A stretch of DNA of 63,162 bases, the filler included, from Octopus bimaculoides (lineage: Eukaryota), in the NCBI RefSeq assembly GCF_001194135.2. It is 5 parts of 5 records of this genome, joined end to end, with 100 filler letters (N's around TTAATTAATTAA, not from the genome) between each part and the next. Parts side by side here need not be neighbours in the genome. Positions count along the whole stretch, not along the records: positions 24,199 to 49,316 come from NC_068991.1; 4 more parts are not named here. One strand, written 5' to 3'. Both the position numbers and the translations under genes were made by a program. The notes under the pieces were generated by a model. It was not told the DNA's origin and made no database searches. It saw only the letters and a list, made by a program, of their open reading frames with translations. This document shows positions 37,063 to 49,297 of this stretch, piece by piece. Numbering within the stretch: position 1 is the stretch's first letter; each line of letters begins with the position of its first letter.

Positions 37063-37255
37063 TTTAGCCTCAGATCAACCCTGCTGAAGCTCGCCACTGA
37101 TCGAAGGTATTCCATCCGTGGCAACCCAGTCTTTTTCCTATGCGCACAAGGACACGGACCACGTTATCAAACCTGTCCCTTTGAAATATTGTAGCGTTTA
37201 ATTTGAGGGAGATTTCGCTTGTATTTCTAGCGATTCGAATGACCACAGACTTGGG
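37063..37255 (+). repeat. Best copy of an ancient ~190-bp dispersed repeat (family F)
   Basis: Box 1 ..aaggtattccatccgtggcaaccc and box 2 atttgagggagatttcgcttgtatttctagc; related copies near 17340, 34030, 34850, 34935, 35210, 39495, 42255, 48862 and 54735. Confidence 0.6.
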
Positions 37256-37282
37256 TTGTTTTAACATCTCTATTTAACTCTC

Positions 37283-37412
37283 GCGATAGTCCATAGTATG
37301 GTGGTTAGGGTGTCTGAATCACGATCATAAATTGGTGCGTTCGATTCCTGAACCGGGTAGTGAATTGTCACTATGTACAAGACTTTTCATTTCACACGGC
37401 TCCAATGAACTA
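37283..37412 (+). mobile_element. SINE family E head, highly diverged
   Basis: tggtggttagggtgtctgaatcacgatc..gttcgattcctgaaccggg..ttcatttcacacggctcc. Confidence 0.6.
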
Positions 37413-37672
37413 ACCAGGGAATTGTACCAGTCCCCCCACCCCACCCAGTCCCTCTCTAACCCTCAGATTCTTTGTGTTTCGCTGCGTCAAGGATGAGAGG
37501 TACGAGAGGGTGGTTATACCTACTCTCGGTTACATAAGCATCGAACGCAGTGAGCGAAAGCTTAGCACATGCTACCACATTATACACAATTGCGAGTCAA
37601 TGTTTTGGTTGTATAAACCTCAAATTCCACGGAAGATTTTTGAGGTCGAATTCACATCTTTAAAAGTGCCAA

Positions 37673-38053
37673 GGTGGAGGCACGATGGCCCTGTGGTTAG
37701 GGCATCGGAATCGCGGTCGTAGGATCGCGGTTTCGATTCCCAGACCGGGCACTGTGAGTTTTTATTGAGCAAAAACACCTAAAGCTCTACAAGGTTCCGG
37801 CAGGGGATGGTGGCGAACCCTGCTGTACTCTTTCACTACAACTTTCTCTCACTCTTTCTTCCTGTTTCTGTTGTACCTGTATTTGAAAGGGTCAGCCTTC
37901 TCACACTCTGTGTCACGCTGAATCTCTTCGAGAACAACGTTAAGGGTACACTTGTCTGTGGAGTGCTCAGCCACTTGCACGTTAATTTCACAAGCAGGCT
38001 GTTCCATTGATCGGATCAACTGGAACCCTCGTCGTCGTAACCGACGGAGTGCC
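37673..38053 (+). mobile_element. tRNA-derived SINE family C, full length (~380 bp)
   Basis: gtggaggcacgatggccctgtggttaggg..gtttcgattcccagaccggg..ggaaccctcgtcgtcgtaaccgacggagtgcc; matches 46738 and 48914. Confidence 0.92.
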
Positions 38054-38215
38054 ATGTATATAGTTGTATGTATGTATGTATGTATGTATGAAAACAGGTA
38101 CAAAGAAATAGAAAAATGTAAAACGATAGGCAGTCTTACATTAGTTAAAAATTGCAGTTATGGAAAGATTTTGTTTAATTATAATTTCTTTTGAATTTTC
38201 AAGCTGTGTATCTTC

Positions 38216-38432
38216 AAGGCGGTGAGCTGGTGGAAACGTTAGCACGCCGGGCGAAATGCTTAGCAGTATTTCGTATGCCGCTACGTTCTGAGTTCAAATT
38301 CCGCCGAGGTCGACTTTGCCTTTCATCGTTTCGGGATCGATAAATTAAGTACTAGTTGCGCACTGGTGTCGATCTAATCGGCAGCCCCCCTCCCCAAAAA
38401 TTTAGGGCATTGTGCCTAGAGTAGAAAAAGAA
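38216..38432 (+). mobile_element. SINE family A, full length (tail type 1)
   Basis: aaggcggtgagctggtggaaacgttagc..gagttcaaattcc..tgtgcctagagtagaaaaag. Confidence 0.92.
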
Positions 38433-39004
38433 AAAAAAAGGCTGGAAATCATCGATGTTAGTTGCTTAAAATAAACATTGGCCTTTGAAAAGAAATGCTA
38501 TCCGGTTATTTGAACACTCCATAGAGAGATTTAGGAATGAATGAAAGTGTTAGAAGAGAAAACTGTGAACCATGAACGATGAATCTCTTCTGTTAATTGA
38601 CAAAAGGGAGGAGACGAAAAGGTTTCATGTCATGTGATACCATGGCATATTACAATTAGAGAAAACGGCGATGCATGAGCGAACCCCCGGTAGAAGCGAT
38701 ATACAAAGAAGACGAAGGAAATGGTTGAATAACATCAAGACATAAACAGGAAGGAAGTTGTCGGAAAACAAGAAGTTAACTGAGAAAATTGGAGGGGAGA
38801 TGTTACGAGTTTTACTGTTTATATATATATATATATATGTTTATATATATATGTCTGTGTGTAGGCGTGTGTGTGAGAGTAAGAGAGAGTTTGTGTGTGT
38901 ATGTATATGTGTATATGTGCATGTGTGTGTATGCCTTTGTGTACATATCTATGTATGTGTTACAATGTCGTTGTGTGAATGTCTGTGTGTGCAAGCATCT
39001 ATCA

Positions 39005-39232
39005 TTAGTTGGCAGAATCGTTAGCACACCGGGCGAAATGTTTAGCGGTATTTCGTCTGCCGTTACGTTCTGAGTTCAAATTCCGCCGAGGTCAACTTTA
39101 CGTTTCATTCTTTCGGGGTCGATTAAATAAGTACCAGTTACACACTGGGTCGATGTAATCGACTGAAACTCTTTGTCTGTTCTTGTGTGTCTCCTCTATG
39201 TTTAGCATCCTGTGGGCAATAAAGAAACAAAG
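39005..39232 (+). mobile_element. SINE family A (tail type 2)
   Basis: tggcagaatcgttagcacaccgggcgaaatg..ctatgtttagcatcctgtgggcaataaagaaa. Confidence 0.9.
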
Positions 39233-39250
39233 ATTATTTAACGACAGCTA

Positions 39251-39468
39251 AGGTGGCAGGCTGGCAAAATCGTTAGCACGTTGGGCGAAATACTTAGCGG
39301 TATTTCGCCCGTTGCTTTGTTCTGAGTTCAATATCCACCCAGGCCGACTTTGCCTTTCAACCTTTCGGAGTCGATAAATTAAGTACAAGTTGTATACTGG
39401 GGGTCGATGTAATCGACTACTCCCACCCAAATTTCAGGCCTTATGCCTATAGTAGAAAGGATTATTTG
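39251..39468 (+). mobile_element. SINE family A (tail type 1) with TSD
   Basis: TSD acgacagcta at 39241-39250 and 39469-39478. Confidence 0.9.
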
Positions 39469-39657
39469 ACGACAGCTACAGTTGTTTTTGCTGTTGCTGG
39501 GCCCCAGGGAAGTCTTATCGAAGCAAACTTTTAATTAAAATCATTTAAACTGTTAGCATCCTGCATTTTTTCATGATCCGGAGTATATTGTCCAATATGT
39601 CATTCTTTACATAAAACGTTCTGAAACATGAAATTCTTCACAATATATTTCAACAAA

Positions 39658-39872
39658 AAGGCGGCGAGCTGGCAGAAACGTTAGCACACCGGGCGAAATG
39701 CTTAGCGCTATTTCGTCTGTCATTACGTTATGATTTCAAATTCCGCCAAGGTCGACTTTATCTTTTATTCTTTCTGGGTCGATAAATTAAGTACCAATTG
39801 CGTACTGGGGTCGATCTAATCGACTAGCCCCCTCCCCTAAAATTTCGGGCCTTGTGCCTAGAGTAGAAAAGG
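39658..39872 (+). mobile_element. SINE family A (tail type 1) with 16-bp TSD, inserted just past the stop of the mariner
   Basis: TSD aatatatttcaacaaa at 39642-39657 and 39873-39888. Confidence 0.93.
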
Positions 39873-39888
39873 AATATATTTCAACAAA

Positions 39889-41057
39889 GCCGGAATTTTA
39901 TTCATCGAAGTAAGTACCAATAAAATCCACACATTTTTGCCAACGAGTTTACAAGTTTGTTTATTCCGGTAACATAAAGATCTGGATTTCTGGGGTTGAT
40001 GTCCTCCTTCAACGCACTTTCAGCATCGGTTTGATTTTTGAATTCCTTCTCTCGCAGGAAACTATCAAGGTGCTTGAAAAAATGGTAGTCAGTAGCAGAA
40101 AGATATGGGGAATAAGCTGGGTGGGGAAGAACTTCGTAGCCAACTTCCTTCAACTTCTGGCGCGTCATTAGTGAAATGTATGGTCGAGTATTGTCATGAA
40201 GAATGATTGGCCCTCTTCTGTTGACCAGTCAGGGACAGAGAAGTAGCAGTTTTTCGTCCATTTTGGAAATTTCATGGCAATATATTTCTGCAGTAATGGT
40301 TTTTCCGGGTTTTAAGAAGTTATAGTGGACGAATCCAGCAGTATACCACCAAACAGTCACCATAACATTCTTTTTGAACAGCTCAGGTTTAGAGATGTTT
40401 TCGGTGCTACATTTTAGTCCAACTACCGAGAAGAACGTTTTTTATTATTGTACAGAATCCACTTTTCATCGCAAGTTACAACATGTTCGAGAAATGGATT
40501 GGTCTGGTTACGGAGAAAAAGCGACGAGCAAATTTCATATCTGCGCATTTTCTGATTTTCCTTCAAATCGTGTGGTGTCCATTTGTCTAACTGTTTTGAT
40601 TTTTCGATAGCATGCAAATGATTGCAGGCACTTTTCTAGTTAACTTGAAGTTCTTTTGCCAGTTCTCGGTTCTACGTGGATCTTTCTCAATGACAGTCTT
40701 TAATTGACCACCAGTGTCAGATGGGCGTCCACTACGCTCATGAACTTCTAGGCTCAGGTCTCCGCTGAAAAATCATTTAAAACATTTTCAAGCTGACCAC
40801 TCACTGGTCATTTCCTCACCAAACGTTTCGTTCATATCGTGAGCAGTTTCAGCGGCCTTACGTCTTTTTTTTTTTTTAAGTTGAATAGGAAAATTGCTCG
40901 AATATTGCGCTTTCACCATACCATTTCAGATGGTTGTAACAACGGCAAAAAAATATCAATGTGAGTTTATTGATGCATTTGGGCAAGTCTATGCGTGTAT
41001 TTTGAAAAAATTGCAAAAAAATACAAAAAAACACGTTTAAAAAACATTCAAACGCCT
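39889..41057 (-). mobile_element. Near full-length degraded mariner, lineage 2 (cecropia/Hsmar1-like)
   Basis: Fragments IRAIFLF..RKAAETA, LDKWTPHDLKENQKMRRYEICSSL..FLEHVVTCDEKWILYNN, LHDNTRP, HPAYSPYLSATDYHFFKHLDSFL..YVTGINKL; multiple frameshifts and stops. Confidence 0.92.
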
Positions 41058-41393
41058 NNNNNNNNNNNNNNNNNNNNNNNNNNNNNNNNNNNNNNNNNNN
41101 NNNNNNNNNNNNNNNNNNNNNNNNNNNNNNNNNNNNNNNNNNNNNNNNNNNNNNNNNNNNNNNNNNNNNNNNNNNNNNNNNNNNNNNNNNNNNNNNNNNN
41201 NNNNNNNNNNNNNNATATATATGCGCGCGCGCGTGCGCGTGTGTGTGTGCGTGTGTGTATGTGTGTGTGCATGCTTGTGTGCGGTTGTGTATATATATTG
41301 TGTATGACTACACATATAATATAATGTAATAAATATATAATATACAAGTACACACATACATACACATATATGAGAGAGAGAGAGAGAGAGATG

Positions 41394-41431
<38 letters not shown>

Positions 41432-41587
41432 ATATGTGCGTATGTATGCTATTGCATGTGTACAGGGCTGATGTTTTAATTACGTAGTGTTACAACAACG
41501 AACGTGCACTTAACCATTTTCGTATAATTCATAGATAGTAGCCTCATTGGTTGTCATAATTATGAAGTCACACAATTTATACACACA

Positions 41588-41632
<45 letters not shown>

Positions 41633-42208
41633 ATACATATATACAGGAACTCTTCCGAATACTATAAACAATAACGCCCTTTCTTTTGCGTACATTTTGA
41701 AGAGGGACGTCGAACTTCAAATTACAGCTGCACAGCTATAATCTCCTCCTCCCCACAGACATTTTATACTAGTCGTTAATGAACGTTAATTTGCACATAT
41801 GAAACCCTCCTCTACCTTAGAAATCGTCACACAATACTAAATGTGTCTTCATTGACTACAATTTAAGGCGACATCTTGAATGAGATAACATTAACGGAGA
41901 AATTGTGCTGGTTGTAACATAATATACTACTAAGATCTAATCAACATTGGCACCGTTATATTCTCTTTTTCTCTCTCCCTTTTCGCAGAGCTTCTAGTAT
42001 TTCTCCAATTTCTGTGGTGAATGAACACTGCCGACTCGTGATAAACCTTCGGGGAAAGCCAGTCTTTAAATCAATTTCGAGTTTTATTTTTTTATTTCCT
42101 TGTATTTCATTTCATTTGTTTTGTGATTTGTTAAAGCAATTTGACACCCGTTTAAATGTTAAAGGTGCTACAGATAGTTCTGATTGTTATTATGATTATT
42201 GGTGGTGC

Positions 42209-42244
<36 letters not shown>

Positions 42245-43088
42245 CGTTGTTGTTGTTGTTCAACTCTTGGTCAGTTTCGATTGAGCATGCATATGACAAA
42301 AGATATTCCACCCGTGCCCGTTCTTTCTTCGTCGCTACTCTTACAATAGTGTTCATGGAAGTGCACCAACTAATATGATTTTTCCGTCTTTTTGCAGAGA
42401 TTTGTCGTGAGGATAATAATGGCTGCTATTTCAGCACAGTAGACGTTGAGAATTCTTCGTATAACGATAATTCTGTCGATCTGTAGTTGCTGTTTCTGTT
42501 TAGTCGCGAACAAGTTTGTTCAAGCAGAGCTGTAATCAAAAGTGTTCCAACTGCGGCCACCTCGTCTTTTTGCTCAGCATTGTATCATAATTTATATAAT
42601 TATATGTGATAAAGGTAATTCTATCATTTTGATAATTCTTCAAATTAGTTTTCACATTCGTCCTTCTAGGATCAATAGAATGAACAATGTGATCGATGCA
42701 AGAAGAAGTATTAATAATTTGTGGTGTTTCTTATTTCTTTTCTATCACAAAAAAGTATTTTGATAAAGGAAAGCCAGCGCCCAGACTTCTGCATGATTCT
42801 AATGAGTAGAAGCTTCCCGGGAATTTAATGAAAATACTCCTGTTCCAATAACGATGTAATACTCTGATCTGAAGGAATAGTCTGAAGAAATCTTTTATTT
42901 TCTTCATGTCCACATTGAAACATTCGTAGGCAAATCCTTAGTCACGCACACAGTTACAAACATGCGCATGCATATACAAAGAAGCATACTCACACACAGT
43001 TTTCGTACACATACGCAAACATAAAATGAAAGTAGCCTATATTTCCTGTTGTCAAATTACCAATATACACCAATTGACTATTAAACAG

Positions 43089-43211
43089 CGCGCCATAATC
43101 TAACATTGAAAGGTCTAACTCATGAGGTTGAAACGAGACACAAGGCTTTTCATTATTCGTTAAATGATAACAAGAAATATCTGGCGTCAGAATTGCTGCT
43201 ACGAACCGAAA
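43089..43211 (+). CDS. Candidate symmetric exon (phase 1->1): xRHNLTLKGLTHEVETRHKAFHYSLNDNKKYLASELLLRTE, gene unknown
   Basis: Acceptor ttaaacag| and donor GAAA|gtatgt; 123 nt open with a stop just upstream of the acceptor. No recognised domain. Confidence 0.35.
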
Positions 43212-44060
43212 GTATGTAATGTGAAGGGTTTTGAGGAATTGAAAGAATTCATTTAGAAATTAAAAAATAAATAAAGAAATTAAAAAGTAATTACGGAATT
43301 AATTGGTACAAGATACAAGGAGAGAGAGAGTTTATTTTTAATTGGCAGTTCTTGCTTTATATAATCTTATATTCGTTGTATGTGGTATTAATTGCAGTGT
43401 CAGAGCGTATGAAGTATTGCCTGGCGATACTCTTCTGAATGACATCGACAACAACAACAACAACAACACCACAAACAACAACGTTTTAAGTTCGTAAATT
43501 ATTATTGCTTGCGAACATTTCTTGTTGTTGCTGTAGTGTTCTTGTTTTTGTTGCTGTCCTTGTTGAGGTTGGCGATGAAGACGACGACGACGACGACGAC
43601 GACAACGATAATGATCATGACGGTGGTGGTGATGGTGATGGTGATGGTGATGGGGATGGTGGTGGTGATGGGGATGGTGGTGGTGCTTAAAAGGATGACG
43701 ACAATGACAACGATGGCAAAGTTGAAAATGGTTGCCCGAACGCTGCTGCTGCTGCTGCTGGTGGTGGTGGTGGTGGTGGTGGTGGTNNNNNNNNNNNNNN
43801 NNNNNNNNNNNNNNNNNNNNNNNNNNNNNNNNNNNNNNNNNNNNNNNNNNNNNNNNNNNNNNNNNNNNNNNNNNNNNNNNNNNNNNNNNNNNNNNNNNNN
43901 NNNNNNNNNNNNNNNNNNNNNNNNNNNNNNNNNNNNNNNNNNNNNNNNNNNNNNNNNNNNNNNNNNNNNNNNNNNNNNNNNNNNNNNNNNNNNNNNNNNN
44001 NNNNNNNNNNNNNNNNNNNNNNNNNNNNNNNNNNNNNNNNNNNNNNNNNNNNNNNNNNNN

Positions 44061-44350
44061 AGAACGTAGCGGAAGACGAAATACCGCTAAGCATTTCGTC
44101 CGATGTACTAACGTTTCTTAATTCTTTATTACCCACAAGGGGCTAAACATAGAAGGGACAAACAAGGACAGACAAAGGGGTTAAGTCGATTACATCGACT
44201 CCAGTACGCAATTGGTACTTAATTTATCGACCCCGAAAGGATGAAAGGCAAAGTCGACCTCGGCGGAATTTGAACTCAGAACGTAGCGGAAGACGAAATA
44301 CCGCTAAGTATTTCGTCCGATGTACTAACGTTTCTGCCAGCTCCCCGCCA
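44061..44350 (-). mobile_element. SINE family A, full copy (tail type 2, 44117-44350) plus an abutting partial copy (44061-44116)
   Basis: Both carry the same variant gaacgtagcggaagacgaaataccgctaag.atttcgtccgatgtactaacgtttc. Confidence 0.88.
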
Positions 44351-45149
44351 TGTAAAGTTAATATATTACAATACCTTGTGGTTGGTCTTATGTTTTTAAA
44401 TATATTAATATACTGTACTGTGAGAATAGAATATTATGTCTACTACTAATGTAAGTATGTTGTAATATTCTGTAATTAGTTCAGAAATACTTCATAGTGG
44501 TGTGTACTGTAAGAAGTCCCAAAGGTATCTTTTCCTAGATGACCTCTGCGACCTCTAATTTTCAAAGACACACATACATTGGATATGTTATTTAAAAAAA
44601 CAATTAACCTACAGCTTCTTCCATTGCATGACTTTAATTTTATTCAGCCCAGCAGACACTTTGCAATATCAGTGAATTGTTTATTCACTGGTCCAATATT
44701 CAGGACTGGCCGAGGACACTTTGTGTCGTAGGTGACCCGAGTGCTTGCCAAGAAAGGTGAAACGCCCATCTGTCATTTTCGCAGTCGCTTCCGGGAACGA
44801 CTTCGTTTCGTGCAGCTCCAAAGTATATTGTGTTTTTAACGCAACATGTCCATAAAAGGATATTTCCCGAGACGATCACAACTTCTGACTTTTCGACGAT
44901 ATACATACGCTAAGTATGTCATATAAACACATATCTTAATCTAGAGCTGCTTTTATTACATAATTTGAAATTAATATTCATTTCCTTTACCAGTTTTTTT
45001 TTTCTTATATTTCAATATTTTCTTAATAAAACGAGTCCTTTCAAGCCGATGTTATTGTTGTTATTCAAAATCAGTTTAGCCATGACACAGGAGGCCTTTG
45101 ATGAAAGTGAAGCAAGTCATGCCAATATTGTCTTCCATGTATATCTAAG

Positions 45150-45478
45150 AAAGGAGCATTCCGTCAGTTACGACGACGAGGGTCACAGCTGATACGATCA
45201 ACGGAACAGCTTACTCGTGAAATTAACATATAGCTGGTTGAGCACTCCACAGACACGTGTACCCTTAACGTAGTTCTCAGGGAGAGCCAGCGTGACACAG
45301 AGTGTGACAAAGCTGGCCCTTTGAAATTCAAGTACTACTAATTTTTGCCAGCTGAGTGGACTGGAGCAACGTGAAATAAAGTGTCTTGCTCAAGGAGACA
45401 ACGCGTCACCGGGGATTGAACTCACGACCTTACAATCGTGAGTCGAATGCCCCTAACCACTAAGCCACGCGCCTTCGC
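45150..45478 (-). mobile_element. Chimeric SINE: family E head + family C 3' body
   Basis: Head as at 21340/45772; 3' part gagcactccacagacacgtgtacccttaacgtagttctc..cagcgtgacacag as in family C. Confidence 0.85.
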
Positions 45479-45654
45479 ATATCTAAGAAGACATCATATA
45501 ATGCTAATGAGATTTACATATCTGGAAAATGATTCGCTCTGGAGACTACAGCTATTACAACATGGACGATGCACATTAACCATTCAGAAACACGCACAAC
45601 CTGTCCCTCTCACTTAAAATTTATTAGTTGCTATATTATTTGGGTGACGTGTAA

Positions 45655-46326
45655 TAGTGATCTCGCTTATTGGTCTCAGTTGTTGGTTTACGGCCATACT
45701 GGGGCATTGACATTAAGGGTTTTAGCCGAATAGATCGATCCCAGTAATTATGCTTTTCTATCAAGTACTTAGTGGAAGCGCGTGGCTTAGTGGATAGGGT
45801 GTCAGCACCATGATCGTAAGATTGTGGTTTCGATTCCTGGACCGGACGACGTGCTGTGTTCTTGAGCAAGACACCTCATTTCACGTTGCTCTAGTCCCCT
45901 CAGCTGGCAAAGATGAGTAACGCTGCGACAGACTGGCGTCCCATCTAGCTGGGGAACACATACGCCATTGAAACCGGGAAGCAGGGCCCATGAGCCTGGC
46001 TAGGCTTTAAAAGGGCGCATGTATTTTATATTTAATCAAGTACTTAATCTGTCGGGCCCTTGTGCAGAATCCCTAATTTCAGTGACGTAAATAAACTATC
46101 AGTTATGAAACGGTGGTGGGGACAAACATAGGTTCAAGCAAACACACATGCACACACACTATATATCTACGGTGAACTTCCACACAGTTTCCGTCTTCCA
46201 AAATTCACTCACATGGCAGTCAAGTACAGTGCTATAGAATAAAAACTAGTTCAGGGTGCTGCAGAGTGGGACTGAACTCGAAACGCTGTGCTTGAATAAG
46301 CGAGCTTCCTAATCATGCAGCCATGT
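45655..46326 (-). mobile_element. Old SINE family B copy split by a nested SINE
   Basis: 3' part tggtctcagttgttggtttacggccatactggggca; 5' part cagtttccgtc..gtgggactgaactcg..catgcagccat. Confidence 0.7.
45772..46034 (+). mobile_element. SINE family E, full length with 12-bp TSD
   Basis: TSD atcaagtactta at 45760-45771 and 46035-46046. Confidence 0.92.
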
Positions 46327-46737
46327 CTGAGTTCTTCATGATTCTGGTGCCTGGCTGACGTTATCCGAATTATTTTGGAAATGGTTTTGTCTGGCAACTG
46401 ATTTAATCTAAGATCCTATATAGAAACTAAAGCATCTGTGTGTTTCTCTTGCCCGCAAAGCAGGTTGTATTCTGATGTAATTAAGCAGTTTTTCTTATTT
46501 TCCCTTTTACTCTGTCTGACAGTGAATGTTTTAGCCAACCCGAAGTTCCTGCCGTGTACTGGATCAAACGTGCAAACATGATTTCAAAATGACTGTCTTA
46601 ATAACATGTGACATGTGTCCATGGTGAAATATGAAGTGGGTGATTACACGATCTGCTAATAAAATAGCAGAGAAATTTATTATATTTTATACCCTATCGC
46701 TTAAAAAATGGAAGGAAGCAATCGATAGTGTATCCGA

Positions 46738-47243
46738 GATGTTGTTGGAACTCCGTCGCTTACGACGTCGAGGGTTCCAGTTGATCCGTTCAACGGAACA
46801 GCCTGCTCGTGAAATTAACGTGCAAGTGGCTGAGCACTCCACAGACACATGTACCCTTAACATAGTTCTCGGGGTTATTCAGCGTGACACAGTGTGACAA
46901 GGCTGACCCTTTGATTTAAAAGCACAACAGAAACAGGAAGTAAGAGTGAGAGAAAGTTGTGGTGAAAGAGTACAGCAGGGTTTGCCACCATCCCCTGCCG
47001 GAGCCTCGTGGAGCTTTTAGGTGTTTTCGCTCAATAAACACTCACAACGCCTGGTCTGGGATTCGAAACCGCGATCCTATGCATGTAGTTGAGCACTCCA
47101 CAGACATGTGTACTCTTAACGTAGCTCTCGGCGATATTTAGCGTGACACAGTGTGACAAGGGTGACCCTTTGAATTACAGGTACAACAGAGACAGGAAGA
47201 AAAAGTGAGAGAAAGTTATGGTGAAAGAGTACAGCAGGGTTCA
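46738..47243 (-). mobile_element. SINE family C (46738-47080) followed by a second partial copy (47088-47243)
   Basis: Reverse complement of the family C body twice; the second lacks both ends. Confidence 0.88.
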
Positions 47244-47279
47244 CATATATAGGTTTATATGTACATATATATAGGCTTA

Positions 47280-47324
<45 letters not shown>

Positions 47325-48182
47325 NNNNNNNNNNNNNNNNNNNNNNNNNNNNNNNNNNNNNNNNNNNNNNNNNNNNNNNNNNNNNNNNNNNNNNNNNNNN
47401 NNNNNNNNNNNNNNNNNNNNNNNNNNNNNNNNNNNNNNNNNNNNNNNNNNNNNNNNNNNNNNNNNNNNNNNNNNNNNNNNNNNNNNNNNNNNNNNNNNNN
47501 NNNNNNNNNNNNNNNNNNNNNNNNNNNNNNNNNNNNNNNNNNNNNNNNNNNNNNNNNNNNNNNNNNNNNNNNNNNNNNNNNNNNNNNNNNNNNNNNNNNN
47601 NNNNNNNNNNNNNNNNNNNNNNNNNNNNNNNNNNNNNNNNNNNNNNNNNNNNNNNNNNNNNNNNNNNNNNNNNNNNNNNNNNNNNNNNNNNNNNNNNNNN
47701 NNNNNNNNNNNNNNNNNNNNNNNNNNNNNNNNNNNNNNNNNNNNNNNNNNNNNNNNNNNNNNNNNNNNNNNNNNNNNNNNNNNNNNNNNNNNNNNNNNNN
47801 NNNNNNNNNNNNNNNNNNNNNNNNNNNNNNNNNNNNNNNNNNNNNNNNNNNNNNNNNNNNNNNNNNNNNNNNNNNNNNNNNNNNNNNNNNNNNNNNNNNN
47901 NNNNNNNNNNNNNNNNNNNNNNNNNNNNNNNNNNNNNNNNNNNNNNNNNNNNNNNNNNNNNNNNNNNNNNNNNNNNNNNNNNNNNNNNNNNNNNNNNNNN
48001 NNNNNNNNNNNNNNNNNNNNNNNNNNNNNNNNNNNNNNNNNNNNNNNNNNNNNNNNNNNNNNNNNNNNNNNNNNNNNNNNNNNNNNNNNNNNNNNNNNNN
48101 NNNNNNNNNNNNNNNNNNNNNNNNNNNNNNNNNNNNNNNNNNNNNNNNNNNNNNNNNNNNNNNNNNNNNNNNNNNNNNNNNN

Positions 48183-48229
<47 letters not shown>

Positions 48230-48913
48230 TTCAACTATATATATGCAAAATCATGTGTACATGCTGTTACACTCAAAATGTAAACGAGTGTGTACCATCT
48301 GCAGAATATTTACGCTTAACATCTCTTTTCTCATTCATTTTTCTTTTCTTTCTTTTCTATCCTTTTGGTTTTCTTTTTTCACACTCTATTTTACATTTCC
48401 TTTTACAATATTTTCTGTTTTAGCCTCGTGATGTAAAACACACGGACGTTGTTCGTTTGTAACGAACCTCTATTTAAAACAAATATCACACGTCGCAGTC
48501 TAAATTTAGCAACAATGTCATACGAGTGTTTTGAGAGTCGAAGTGCGAAAGGTCACCACTTGTATAGCAATATTCTTACCAGGGATCAATCAATGTTTAC
48601 CCAAGCTTGTCTTTCACTCAAATACCACGTTTGGGTAAATTATACGCTACTTTATGTTAACTCATAACATTTATATTTATTTTCCTTCTTCACAACTGAT
48701 TTTTAAATGGCTGACATTTTTTCTGGAGGATCTTATGTTAGTATTCAAGTTAAACCGCTCGGTACTGAGGGCATCCATAAGAAAACATGTGTTAATGGAT
48801 GTTCTTTTTTGTTTCTTGAAACGATTATCTAAGAAGCAATATTTTATTTTTTATAATACTGTATTTCAGCCGTGACCATCCTGCCATTTTCCATCTTTGT
48901 ACATCTCGGATAA

Positions 48914-49297
48914 GTGGAGGCGCAATGGCCCAATGGCTAGGGCAGCGGACTCGCGGTCATAGGATTGCGGTTTCGATTCCCAGACCGGGCATTGTGAGTG
49001 TTTATTGAGCGAAGACACCTAAAGCTCCACGAGGCTTCAGCAGGGGATGGTGCCGAACCCTGCTGTACTCTTCCACCACAACTGTCTCTCACTCTTACTT
49101 CTTGTTTCTGTTGTGCCTGTAATTCAAAGGGTCAGCCATGTCACACTGTGTCACGCTGAATACCCCCAAGAACTACGTTAAGGGTACACGTGTCTGTGGA
49201 GTGCTCAGCCACTTGCACGTTAATTTCACGAGCAGGCTGTTCCGTTGATCGGATCAACTGGAACCCTCGACGTCGCAAGCGACGGAGTGCCAACAAT
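48914..49297 (+). mobile_element. SINE family C, full length
   Basis: gtggaggcgcaatggcccaatggctaggg..gacggagtgccaacaa. Confidence 0.92.

Noticed and set aside
44061-44116. Tandem SINE A dimer as a biological duplication
   Set aside because: The partial copy abuts a gap and is almost identical to its neighbour; may be an assembly duplicate.
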